A stretch of 64,000 bases of DNA from positions 130,764 through 194,763 of the forward strand of contig NIVC01002193.1 in assembly GCA_002269645.1 (NCBI GenBank), given 5' to 3'. Source of the DNA: Macrostomum lignano (lineage: Eukaryota). Each line of letters opens with the position of its first letter. Within the stretch, counting starts at the first letter, position 1. This document shows, piece after piece, positions 47,721-59,392 of the stretch. Position numbers and translations under genes: made by a program. The notes beneath the pieces were generated by a model. The model was not told the origin of the DNA. It saw only the letters and a list, made by a program, of their open reading frames with translations, and ran no database searches.

Positions 47721-48469
47721 GGCTCTATGTTATTTATTGTTCCAAATATTTCTTTGCAGCAGGTCTCAATAAATATAGACAGTGTGGAAGCGAAGGCCTT
47801 GCCGCTGTTTTTGTAGAGCGAACTTTTCTGTCCGACTAACTTGATGGAGTGGGCCGACCGCTGAATGAAATTATGCCAATCGGATGGCGAGGCCGGCACG
47901 GAACCGATGCTGCTGATCTTGGCCAGAGAAAGAATTAGTACTATTTGTGCGCCAGAGCGAATTGGAGTGTCGGTGGCGAGGCGAGGCCGAAAATAAGAGC
48001 AGTTTATAGCATTACAGCATAATATGTGCCGGACAGATCTGACTGACGCGTGTGCGCAATTGGACAGAATCGGAGTCAAATCAACAAGTCTAGGAATTCC
48101 TGTCTGTCTGTCTGTCTTCTCTCTTGATTTGGGTTTGCTTCTCTCTCCTCTCTGCGCCGGTCAATGCAACAGTTGTGGGTTTGGGGCCGCGGGGTTTATT
48201 GATCGCGGGAGAGGGTCATAATGTGCTCCACTAGGTCGTATTTGCTTATAGAATAAGAAATGTGCGCAAAATTTTTCTTACTATTGAGAAAATGAGTACA
48301 ACCAGCAGCGCAGTGCGTGCGGAGTGGACTGGACTTTTTGTACGCAAGTCCACTATTTGGGCTAATAGAGATAAGAGGCTTTTTCTGATCACCCCTGGCA
48401 GTGGCTTGGGTGGGGTGGTTGGCGCACAGCCCACCCCACTCCGCGAATTTCTAACCCGACCAAATCGAC

Positions 48470-48479
48470 AGCCAATCAG
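48470..48479. promoter_or_regulatory. Possible CCAAT (NF-Y) box
   Basis: AGCCAATCAG full consensus upstream of the minus-strand membrane-protein gene; motif match only. Confidence 0.25.
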
Positions 48480-49841
48480 AGGCGACCGTCAAGACCCCTA
48501 TGCCCAGTTAAAAAAACATGAACGGTAAATCCACAGTCTGTCTAGCAGCAACACCGATACAATAACCCTTAAAAGTGAAGCACTGAAGTGCATGTTTTCA
48601 CATGTTTTATATTTTAACCTCAGCTTATCTTCTTCAAAATTGTAATATTGTAAAAAAACTGCAGTGGGCTTGCTGAGGTGATTGTATTATTAAGCTATCG
48701 TCTTGGCCTTGTTTTTAGGACACAGCGTTATCTATTTTTTCTCTCCCTTGAGCTCTCATTTTATGGTCCAAGCCCAACAAAAAACCTACCACCCTCCCGG
48801 GAGTCCCCCGCATGCCAGCTACGAGCAGGGCCGCAAGGGTAAAGCCATTTTTTTTTCAAAAATGCATACAAATCTTGTGATACAGTCTTAGCTCGTTAAG
48901 CAAATGTTTTTATGATTCAAGGTTTTTCAAAGACAGCCCCCCTGGCCTGGAGAATATAGCTATAATCCATCATTCCATTTGCCGTTCGTCTATTGCTTAA
49001 GCTATCTCTGCCTATCTTTCATGCGAGATAAATGTAGCTATATGCTGCATAAATATTGGCTGGCAATGTGAATCCAGCAAAAATTGATAGATAGGGGGCT
49101 GCATCTTAAACGCGAGTTCACATTACAGCTTGTAGCTCCTCAGCGGGTCAAAAGTTGCTCAAATGAATTTACAGTTGGTTCAGATCCATTTTAAAATTGA
49201 TTTGAACAAACTGACCTAAAAATCCTGGATCCGCCACTGAGCGGCAATGTGAACAGGTCTTTTAAAACCGACAAGCTGAAATTATGGTAATCGTAGATGT
49301 TATAACAATTAAAATTTAAAATTAAAATTTCGAACTCACTTGGTTGCTACCTTGAGTCCCCTTGGTCTCCCGACACCTCACCGACTGGCAGACCCCCTCG
49401 CCCCTGAAACCTGTCTGAGAACATTAAGCTTTGCAATCATAACTAAATGTTCAAATGTTTTTCTGTAAGTAATTGAAAGCACAAGTATATTTCTCTAATT
49501 TTAACGCGATGGTAAACATAGGTAAAAATTTCCCGTTGTCAAAAACGCGTTTATTTATTTATGATTTCTCAGAAACAATAGTTCTCCGTCGGGACTTGCT
49601 CAAAGATGTTTATTTATCTGGCGTGGGTCAGAAACTTCGTTGAAAATCCGATTCGAAAAGTGCAAACTGTGACAGTTGCAACCAAACGCTAGAGAACCTT
49701 GGTAGTGCTGATTTAAAAAGTTAATATGTAATTTGTGTCTTGATCGCAGACCGTTTCTTTCTCATTATAAAAATAATTTGGACAGGAATTTAATGTACTT
49801 GAATTACTGTATCTTGGTTTGAATATTACTCCGAGTTTTGT

Positions 49842-52800
49842 CTACGATGACATGGCATATTCCAGATCAGCCCTTCGTCTTGGTGAGGCTGAAGCCTCCC
49901 CCGGTGAACCTGGCCTGGTCGGTGCGCTGCGGCTGGATCGGCGGGTTGCCGGGGCGCCGCCCATCTGCAGCGCCTCGATGGCGCGCTCTCTTTCACGTAC
50001 AGCCTGCTCTTTCTTCTTCTGCTGGAAGTATTTCTTCTTCACCTCCTGCAGTTCGCGGGCCAGCTTCTCAATTTCGTATTTGTACTCCTTGATCTGCGAC
50101 TCGTACATGTTTGTCTCGGCGGCCATGGCCTGTTGGGTGTTGGGATATAAAGCGTGGAGTTTAAATTTAAGAGTCTCTTTCTTATCTGGCTACTGTCGCA
50201 AGTGTTTCAGTAGAAGCGGGAGGTAGTAATCAGTATTATTGACTTTTAAAGGAGAAACGATGTATAAACACAAAATACATTCCAGCGACTCACCTTCATT
50301 TGCTTGGTCTTGTCCCTCAGCGTCTGCTGATAGATTGACAGCTGCTCAGCAACCTCTGGTCCCGGCTGTCTAGCCAAGATGTGCTTTAGTTCAATGTAAA
50401 GCTTCTCCTTTTCCTGAATAAGTAGCTCTTTCTCCACAACTTCCTCCGTTTTGAGAATCAGGCGCTTCTGCAGCGTCTGAATCTTTTGGATCATCTCGTA
50501 CGTGGATGGGTCGCTGCCCTGTAGATTTGGAGATTGTTGAGTGTATTTCAGTTAAAGAAGCAAAATTGGCAGTAAATAATGGACCAAAAGAGACAATTCA
50601 AGTGGCAAAACGATTATGAGAACTCACTTCCAACTTGCGCCAGCGGTGCACATTCATCGGATTCTCCAGCTCCTCTTCGAGCGCCTTGCACCTGGTCCGC
50701 TCCCTCAGTAACTCCTTCTGCAGGTGGTAGACCTCCCGGCGCAGCTCGTCAACATTGTGCACAGTCCGCTGGAGAAGCGCCTTCTCTCTGCGCAGCTTCT
50801 TGATCTCCAGTTTCAGCACGCGAATGTCCTCCAAGCGCTGGTTGTACTGCACTTCGCCCTTGTTCAGCAGCGACTGCTGGATCTTGATCTTCTCGTACAG
50901 CAGGGCCAGCTCGTCGTTGCGACGAACCAGCTGCGTGCCGAGGATGTCCCTCTCGCTGACCAGCTTGTCCAGCTCCTTCTTCTGGCGAAGTCTCTCGGCA
51001 TCCGCCTCGTTGATCATCTTAGTCAGTTTCTTCTTCTCAACCTCCTGAGCCTCGATGTAGTCGCTGTTCTCCTTGTGCAGCTTTTTCATAGCCTGCAGCT
51101 CTTTGCTGAGCTGGTCCTTCTCCTTCTCCACCTTCTGTCGCTCCATGTTCTCCTTGACCAGCTGGCCGTCCTTCATGGCCGTCTCCTCCTTCAGCTGGTC
51201 AATCTGGTGCGACATGATCTTGTGCTTCCGCTTCAGTTCCGTGATCTCATCCTGGGCCTCGATCAGGTTCTTGCTGTACAGGTTTCGGTCGCTGCGGACG
51301 GCCTCGTACAGATTCTGCTGCTGCCGGAGGCGAGTCTCGGCCTCGGCAATCTTCTTCTTGTAGTCGAAGATCTGCATTTCGCGCACCTTCACATCCTCCA
51401 TATGCTGTAGCACCTTCTGCGTCAGGTCTGAGGCCTCGTTGATGTACCGATCTCGCTCCTTTTCCAACTGGTAGATGATCTTCCGCTGTTTCTGCGCCTC
51501 ATCTTTGTAGTTCTCAATCTCCTGCTCCAGAGTTTTCTTCGAGGCCTCGTGCAGCTTCACCATGCCGCGCTGCTTCTCCGTGGCGTTGGCCGCCTTGATG
51601 AGATTTTTGTTGAGAATGTCGCGCTCTCTGGTCAGCTCGTCGACAACCTTCTTGTCCTGTTCGTTGGCCTTCTTGATCAGGTCCATCTCTGCACAATGAT
51701 GATGGGACGGTGTTAGCGCGTGATAGAATCTCTTTTTGTAGGAACTGGTCCTCTAAACCAGTTCATGCATTCAAAGCCTGGTCTTACCCTTCTCCATGCC
51801 GTGAATCTCATTCTTGAGCTGTTCTCTCTGGCCTTCCAGGTTGCTTTTGTTGTCCTCGGTGAGGCGCAGCTTTCGTAGCGTCGTCTCGCGAACTCGCACG
51901 AGCTTTTGAATTTCACTCTTCAGCGAATTCACTTCGTCCTCGCGTTGCTGTGTTGTTGGTAAGACAGTGGAAATGTTTATTCCTGCTTTGAATATTTTAT
52001 TTTAAATATAGAATATCAGGTAATTATTTTAGACCATTAACTCACCTTGAGCTCTAGAGTCTTCGACTGGTTGTCTCCGATGAGCTGCTGCACCCGCTGA
52101 CGCTGATCGTTGAGTACCATTGTGTCATCCTTGATCTTGGTCTCCAGGAAGTGCTGGTGCCGCTGGGCCTTCTCCAGCTCGGCTTTGGTCGCTCGGATCT
52201 CCTCCTCTCGGGTTTTGTTCTCCTGGGTCACCCCGGCCAGCCGAGATCGCAGAGTTTGAATCTCGCCCTCTTTAGCCTCGGCTTCCGCTTTCGCCTGTTT
52301 GAGATCGCGCTCCATTTTCTCCTTCTTGCGCTGCTCGCGGGTGGCCTCGCTGTTCTTGGTTTGGATCTCCTGCTCCAGCTCGGCCACCTTCGTCTGACAG
52401 TCGGTCAGGTCCGTCTCCAGCCGCAGCTTTTGCGACTTGTTCTCTTCAAGCTCATCTCTCAGATGGCTGTTCTGCTGCATGAGTTCGTCGCGCTGCTTCG
52501 TAAGCTCCTCCTTTGCCTCAAGCAGCTCGCTGACGTTCTGATCCTGACCAGAGGTTAAGCCTGCACCCTGCTCCACCAGCTTGCTGAGATTGGCGATTTC
52601 CAGTTTCAAGCTCTGGATAGTGTCGCGAGCTCGGGCCTCTTTGTCGTGAGCAGCGTCCACCATCTTCCAGGCTTTCTCGATCTCCTTTTTCAGCGAAGCA
52701 ATGGTAGCCTGGTCTTCCTCTGAGAGTTTCAATGCAGAGGTCATCTTGGCCGAGTTGGCCACAATTTCAGCCTTGAGCTCGCGGCACTTCTGCATCAGTC

Positions 52801-53590
52801 GCTTTTCGCTTTCGTGGCTCTTTTGCAGGGCGCGCATCAGCTTCTCGTATTCGAGTTTGAACTTGTCCAGGCCTTTGTTGCCCTGCAGCTCCTGCAGCAC
52901 TTCCTGGAAGTCTTTCTCAAGCGTGTCGAACGCTGAGTCATCCATCATACCCTTTTCCTTTCGGTCCTCCTTCTCCTGTGAACAAGTTAGTATGGTTTAA
53001 ATTCTTAAAGTTGATTATAAAGTACCAGCTATCCTTTAATTCTATAAGTTGACGATGTTTGCTTTCATATATTCAAAATTATTTCCTTGCCAGCAAAAAT
53101 TGTAGCCATTCGTAGCAATCGTGATTTCATAAGGTGGCATACAAATAATAATCACATTTATTCAGATAAGCAAATATATCTAAATTGTTTAAAATATAAT
53201 GTATGTTTGTCTATATTGTTATTTTATGAAACTGTGCATTAATGACATTTACATGATTGACCGATTAAGAAAAGCATCAGAAAACTGGAAACTGGAAGCA
53301 TCAGGAACAAGCTCTTAGCATTTATCGATACATCATGGACATTATTATCAAACAATGTCTTGGTAATTTCAGTCTCAGCAATTTTACAATATAGTATTGT
53401 ATCTTTTTAATCCAGATTTTGGTTTTGGGTTAGATTAATTTTGGTCTTGTTGGTTAATAAATCTTGGTTAATAAATCTTTAAAGATAAATTTTCTTAATT
53501 TTTAAAAATAGTTCTCTTTTCAGAATAAAATTTCACTCTTGGAAAAAATGGAAGAAAAATTCTATAAGTAAAAAATCTTACCTCAGTCAT
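49842..53590 (-). CDS. CFAP58: Cilia- and flagella-associated protein 58 (CCDC147); exons 53590-53582, 52975-52046, 51947-51788, 51688-50628, 50518-50294, 50129-49842; 890 aa
   Basis: Diagnostic segments SLKKEIEKAWKMVDAA, ERDILNKNL, YKDEAQKQRKIIYQLEKERDRY, QQQNLYEAVRSDRNLYSKNL, ERDILGTQLVRRNDELALLYEKIKIQ, LENPMNVHRWRKLE, LARQPGPE; all introns GT-AG with consistent phases. Confidence 0.95.
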
Positions 53591-54315
53591 TTCAGTGCCT
53601 TTGTGCACTTACTTTGAACGCTTTATACAGGTGTTCTATATACTATTGTAAGTTGGAATTGAATGAATCTTCTGTTGTGCGACGATTTTCGGAACAAATA
53701 ATTTCAATGCAAGATTCAAACAGTCTCGTTAGTATTGGTTTCCATAGGTTATGTGTACTTTTTTGCTTTAATGATTAATTAAGTTCGTATAAAACCTGTA
53801 TACATATGAATAATATTTTCTTAAAATGAAATCTAGTCGCAAAGACACAGAGAAAAAAGTAGGTTTTGTTTTAATGTATAACTTTTTCCGCAACTTAAAA
53901 CCGTTGGACGAACGAAACGAAGCAAGACAGTTCCTATCGTCACAAGCCCATCTTAATTCGTGTTTTGTATTCTAAATTTTGCTATATTGTTTTAAAGCCT
54001 ACTACAGTTTCTAAATTTTTAGAGTTCGATTAACATCGGATTTAGCAATTTTTTACTTCACTTTTAAATAATTAAAGAATCGTTTATGCACCATGTAGTT
54101 CACGTACGTGTTTGTTAAATTGTTAAGAATAAAAACTATTTCAACATTTAGATTGATAGTTTTTTACTTTCAATAGTTTTCTAACTTAAGTTATTTGATA
54201 TCTGGTAAATTCAGAAACATTCCTAACTAAATTAAAAGACCTTAACTTGCTTGCATATAGGGACTTCTAATTGAAAAAAGTTTTTTCAAATTTTAACATT
54301 CAACATTGCGTATAC

Positions 54316-54376
54316 CAAGGACCACTGTAGTAGTGGGGTTCGTGTTGGCAGAGTGCTTCTACTACAGTGGTCCTTG
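54316..54376. other. Perfect 18-bp stem-loop
   Basis: CAAGGACCACTGTAGTAG (54316-54333) / CTACTACAGTGGTCCTTG (54359-54376), 25-nt loop. Confidence 0.9.
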
Positions 54377-55571
54377 ACGCATGTATGCATAGATACACAC
54401 GCTCGTATAAGTACTAAGTAATCTAAAATTAGTGAGTTCTAGGAAAGAGTTTTGCAAAAGAATCGGTGACAATAAATAACAACAAAAAATTCTGTGCATT
54501 AAGTACAACGCGTTCGTTGCAGGCCGGCTGATTAATTATATGAAGCCGTATTTAAGACAAAGAGACAAAATGAGTCACATGAGGCCTAATTATAAATTAT
54601 GTATTGAATTATTTTGTATTCAATGGATTATTATGAATTCCATTGTGCTGCTTTCGTTTTTTATACGCTCGTACATTGTGCAATTTATAGCTTTTTGCGT
54701 TCTAGTTTGAACTGCGGGCTTTTAATTTGGACACAGAAGTCAAGCAAAGCCCAGAGAATGCTGGCTAGTCTATGGCACAAACCAGAAGCAACTGACGGGC
54801 TTTTAAATTCGACAGTCATATTCGAATCAAATTTTTAACAAACACCAATTTACCATCTGAGGCCACAGATTCAAAATATTTATTATTTTCATAGAAAAAT
54901 CTAAATATAACCCGCAGCTTATAAAACACGGCATTTCACCCATCATTCATCCGGAAAAATGGAGAAATCTGAGACCGAAATCGTGGACGATTTTATCCAG
55001 CCTCGACAGGCCAGCCCAAGCTCTCGATATTCCGATTCGAAATTCGAGATTCGACAGGAAGCTATAAAGATCCCAGTCGCATAAATCCGTGTGGGATTAG
55101 CAGCATCCACCGCCGCTGGTACAGTATAAGCCATTAGCAAAGTGCCCCACCCATCACTTCATTCTCTCTCCCTCCTGTTTCTCTCTCTGTCCGTCTGAGC
55201 GCTCCCTCCAGCGCCACTATTGGCCCATCCGTAGACACTGTTGCCGTTGGGAGGGGCCGCCGGCCTGCGCCACTGGCAAGTTTTTGGGCACGGCGCACGG
55301 CGCTAAGGTTGGTCGGGCAACACGGATGAAAGGGAGCGAGCATGCAGAGGCTGAGAGAGAGGGGGGAGGGAGAATAAAACCGGGCGTGGTTCGAGAGATC
55401 GCGATGAGGCTCTGAGCATCTGAAACGCTCACACGAGCCACTCTGGATGCTCATCTATACTGACGCTGCGGAGATTAAGGAGCCAAACTGGTACGATATC
55501 CCCGGATTCATCTCAAGAATCTTGAGCAGTATCATCCCGGATAGCACGAGAAGACAGGGCAGCCAGCAACA

Positions 55572-58500
55572 ATGGAGACTCAATCGGGCAGCAGCGTAGG
55601 CGGAGTCTCTGGAGCTTCGGCTGAGTGAGTTCAATGATACAGAATCCCCATGGAACAGTGTGTATGAGCAGTTCAATGATACAGAATCCCCATGGAACAG
55701 TGTGTATGAGCAGTTCAATGATACAGAATCCCCATGGAACAGTGTGTATGAGCAGTTAAATGATACAAAATCCCCATGGAACAGTGTGTATGAGCAGTTC
55801 AATGATACAGAATCCCCATGGAACAGTGTGTATGAGCAGTTCAATGATACAGAATCCCCATGGAACAGTGTGTATGAGCAGTTCAATGATACAGAATCCC
55901 CATGGAACAGTGTGTATGAGCAGTTCAATGATACAGAATCCCCATGGAACAGTGTGTATGAGCAGTTCAATGATACAGAATCCCCATGGAACAGTGTGTA
56001 TGAGCAGTTCAATGATACAGAATCCCCATAGAACAGTGTGTATGAGCAGTTCAATGATACAGAATCCCCATAGAACAGTGTGTATGAGCAGTTCAATGAT
56101 ACAGAATCCCCATAGAACAGTGTGTATGAGCAGTTCAATGATACAGAATCCCCATAGAACAGTGTGTATGAGCAGTTCAATGATACAGAATCCCCATAGA
56201 ACAGTGTGTATGAGCAGTTCAATGATACAGAATCCCCATAGAACAGTGTGTATGAGCAGTTCAATGATACAGAATCCCCATAGAACAGTGTGTATGAGCA
56301 GTTCAATGATACAGAATCCCCATAGAACAGTGTGTATGAGCAGTTCAATGATACAGAATCCCCATAGAACAGTGTGCATGAGCAGTTCAATGATACAGAA
56401 TCGCAGTGAGCTGGTGCAGAACCGAATAGCATAAACAACTAACAGATATATAAATTCCCTGGAAACCGCGTCACGCCCACACGCTTGCAGGAGCGGTGAC
56501 ACCGAGGAGGTGCTCAGCATGCGGAGCAGCCGCCTAGAATGCCTCACCGCCGGGCTGGTGCTCGCAGACCTGGCGCTCGTGACCCACCAGCTCGCACTGG
56601 ATGCCTCCAGCGGCGAGTCCTCTGGAAATAAAAACTGTAAGAATTACAGTTGGTGCAAGAAGGAAACCAACAGTTAGAATTGATTAAAATAATCCATTTC
56701 AATATTTCGGGACAAAAATGATTTCCAGATACGGTCACTGCTCCACCGAAATGGCAACAGGGCAGGAATCAGTTTTTCACGGCTGTTCTCATATTCAGCG
56801 TAATCTTCGTCATTGAGGTGAGTACATTCGTTTGTCGTCATGCTTTCACGTTTCCGCCTCTTATATATAAAAATATTGTTTTGTAGAGCGTCTGGCGAAA
56901 TGGCAGAAATCTGATGAAACATCGACGGCTGCTTGCTTTGGATGTGAGACTTGGATTTGACGACAAATATGCTATTATTCGAATCCTAATTCAAACTTTT
57001 ACCATGTTAAACAAAACCTCAGCTGATAAGCAAGCCCTCACTCCTCCACCCACCTCACGCCTCCATCTACCTCACTAATCCAACCACTTCACTTCTCCAC
57101 CCACCTCACTCCTCCACCCACTTCACTCCTCCGCCCACCTCACTCCTCCGCCCACCATACTCCTCCGCCCACGTCACTCCTCCAACCACCTCACTAACCC
57201 ATCCACCTCACTCCTCCACACACCTCACTCCTCCGCCCTCCTCACTCCTCCGCCCACCTCACTCCTCGGCCCTCCTCACTCCTCCGCCCACCTCACTCCT
57301 CCGCCCTCCTCACTCCTCCGCCCTCCTCACTCCTCCGCCCACCTCACTCCTCCGCCCACCTCACTCCTCCGCCCACCTCACTCCTCCACCCACCTTACTC
57401 CTCCACCCACCTCACTCCTCCACCCACCTCACTCCTCCGCCCTCCTGACTCGTCCAGCATCCACTCTGCAGCATCAAAACTAGAAAAAACCGTGACCCTT
57501 TTCTCAACCAAGGCCTTCGACTGTTGCGTGTGCATCGGCAGCTGCTTGGTAAATTTCGGGCTGCACTTCAGCGGTGCCAAAAAACTGCTGCGAGACCTGC
57601 TAGCGCTGCTGGTGGCGGCTCGGCTAAGCAGGACCGTGCAGCTCTGCCGAGGTGAGCCGCTTCATAGAGCATTTGTTCAGGTAAAAATGACTTCGCGTAA
57701 CTCAGGCACACCGCTGCAATGCAGGCCTGAGCTACACCGAAAAGCAGCGGCTCATTCAGCTGCTCAATAGTCAGCATCAAGTTGAAGCCGCCGGCGCTGA
57801 GAGGCTGCGAAAGCTGCAGACGGAACTGGCCAACAGGGACCTTGAGTGCCAGGACCTGCGAGCGCTCATCAAGGCAGCAACTTTGTCCAGACACCGGCTG
57901 AAGATGAGTGAGTTGCCTGGTTCAAAGTGTTTGCTTGCGGCCAGTCTGAGTATCTCATGGGTTATATCAGAATCTCATCTAAGGATCTCAAAGCTATCTC
58001 TAAAATCTCATCTCAGTATCTCATGGGCCATCACTAAAATCTAATCTCAGAATCTTACAGCCAATTCTAAAAATCTCATAGCCAAATTTAAAATCTCATC
58101 CAGTATCCCATAGCCAAATCTAAAATCTCATCTCAGTATCCCATAGCCATCTCCAAAATCTCATCTCAGTATCTCATAGTCATCAATGAAATCTTATCTC
58201 AGTATCTCATGGGCCATCATTCTAAAATCTCATCTCAGTATCTCATAGCCATCCCTAAAATCTCATCGCAGAGCAACAGTTGCAAATGGAGAAGCCGCTA
58301 CCAGAGCATCGAATGCTGTCACCGCCGCCATCGACTCCAACGGAGCGAGTCTCCCAGCATCAGCAGCGCCATCACCCGTACGACTCGGGGCACAGCTCGG
58401 ACTCGGCGCCGGAGAGCCCGCAGGAGCCGGAGCCGGCCGCGGCAATCCAGCCAGACGAGGACCAGCAGGTGATGGGTGAAGCTGCGGCATCAGAGCAAGG

Positions 58501-59095
58501 ACAACTTAAGTTTAACAAAGTGACTTCAGTGGTCCTTGCATCCGAGACCGATAAGGCTGAAGGTTCGTGCTGGTGGGTCATGGGATTATGGAAAGTGGGT
58601 CATGGGATTATGGAAAGTGGGTCATAGGATTATGGAAAGTGGGTCATGGGATTATGGAAAGTGGGTCATGGGATTATGGAAAGTGGGTCATGGTATTATG
58701 GAAAGTGGGTCATGGGATTATAGAAAGTGGGTCATGGGATTATGGAAAGTGGGTCATGGGATTATAGAAAGTGGGTCATGGGATTATGGAAAGTGGGTCA
58801 TGGGATTATTGAATCTGGGTCATAGGATGATATAATCGGAGTCATTGGATTATTGAATCTGAGTCATAGGATTTTGGAATCTGGGTCATGGGATTATTGA
58901 ATCTGGGTCATGGGATTATGGAAAGTGGGTCATGGGATGATAGTGTTGTGAGCCCCGTCCTCCGGAGCAACGCCTACAGCTTTAACCTGTCGGGAAGCTG
59001 CGACCCCCAGGTCCCCAGTCAGAGCTCCCGTCCCGCGCCCTAGGGAGAAGCAGAAAAAGGACAGTAAATCGCGAACACGAACTTACACACCGTAG
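55572..59095 (+). CDS. Voltage-sensor-domain-only protein, HVCN1/TMEM266-like; exons 55572-55624, 56491-56636, 56729-56817, 56887-56943, 57513-57651, 57725-57907, 58272-58562, 58953-59095; ~366 aa
   Basis: All seven introns GT-AG with consistent phases. S1 SSRLECLTAGLVLADLALVTHQLALD aligns gap-free to human Hv1 [26 protein letters not shown]; S2 FSVIFVIE; S3 FDCCVCIGSCLVN; S4 LLALLVAARLSRTVQLCRG; then a coiled coil (ERLRKLQTELANRDLECQDLRALI). The start codon is uncertain. Confidence 0.8.
55626..56400. repeat. Intronic minisatellite, 42 bp (GAGCAGTTCAATGATACAGAATCCCCAT(G/A)GAACAGTGTGTAT)
   Basis: About 18 near-identical units starting at the splice donor. Confidence 0.96.
57037..57446. repeat. 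Intronic minisatellite, 17-18 bp (CCTCACTCCTCCGCCCA)
   Basis: Tandem units read directly. Confidence 0.93.
57950..58268. repeat. Degenerate intronic minisatellite (AAAATCTCATCTCAGTATCTCATAGCCATC-like)
   Basis: Imperfect tandem units ending at the acceptor at 58271. Confidence 0.8.
58573..58938. repeat. Intronic minisatellite, 22 bp (GGGTCATGGGATTATGGAAAGT)
   Basis: Tandem units read directly. Confidence 0.93.
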
Positions 59096-59392
59096 CCGAT
59101 GCAATTCGCCGTGCACTTTTTATGGTAGATCGACGAGTCGTTTTAGTCAATAGCCAACGGAGGCGGACCAACGCGCGCAAGGGAGGAGTCTGCCCTCCAG
59201 ACAGCGACTATATATTTTTCATTGGTCCTACGCGTACATGAATATACCTTAAGAACAAATGTACGGTACAGCAGGGGAGGTGGGGCGGGTGGCGTGATCG
59301 GCGTACGCATTGATTATTGATTGGAGGGGTGGGGCAGACTGGAGGGTTGGGGCGGGGCAGGAGGGCGAGAAAGGGCACGATTGCACAACAAT

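Noticed and set aside
54943-55620. Minus-strand class A GPCR (CCWLP and ANP..IYA motifs)
   Set aside because: No other TM helices or DRY motif; splice signals and the VSD gene support the plus strand here.
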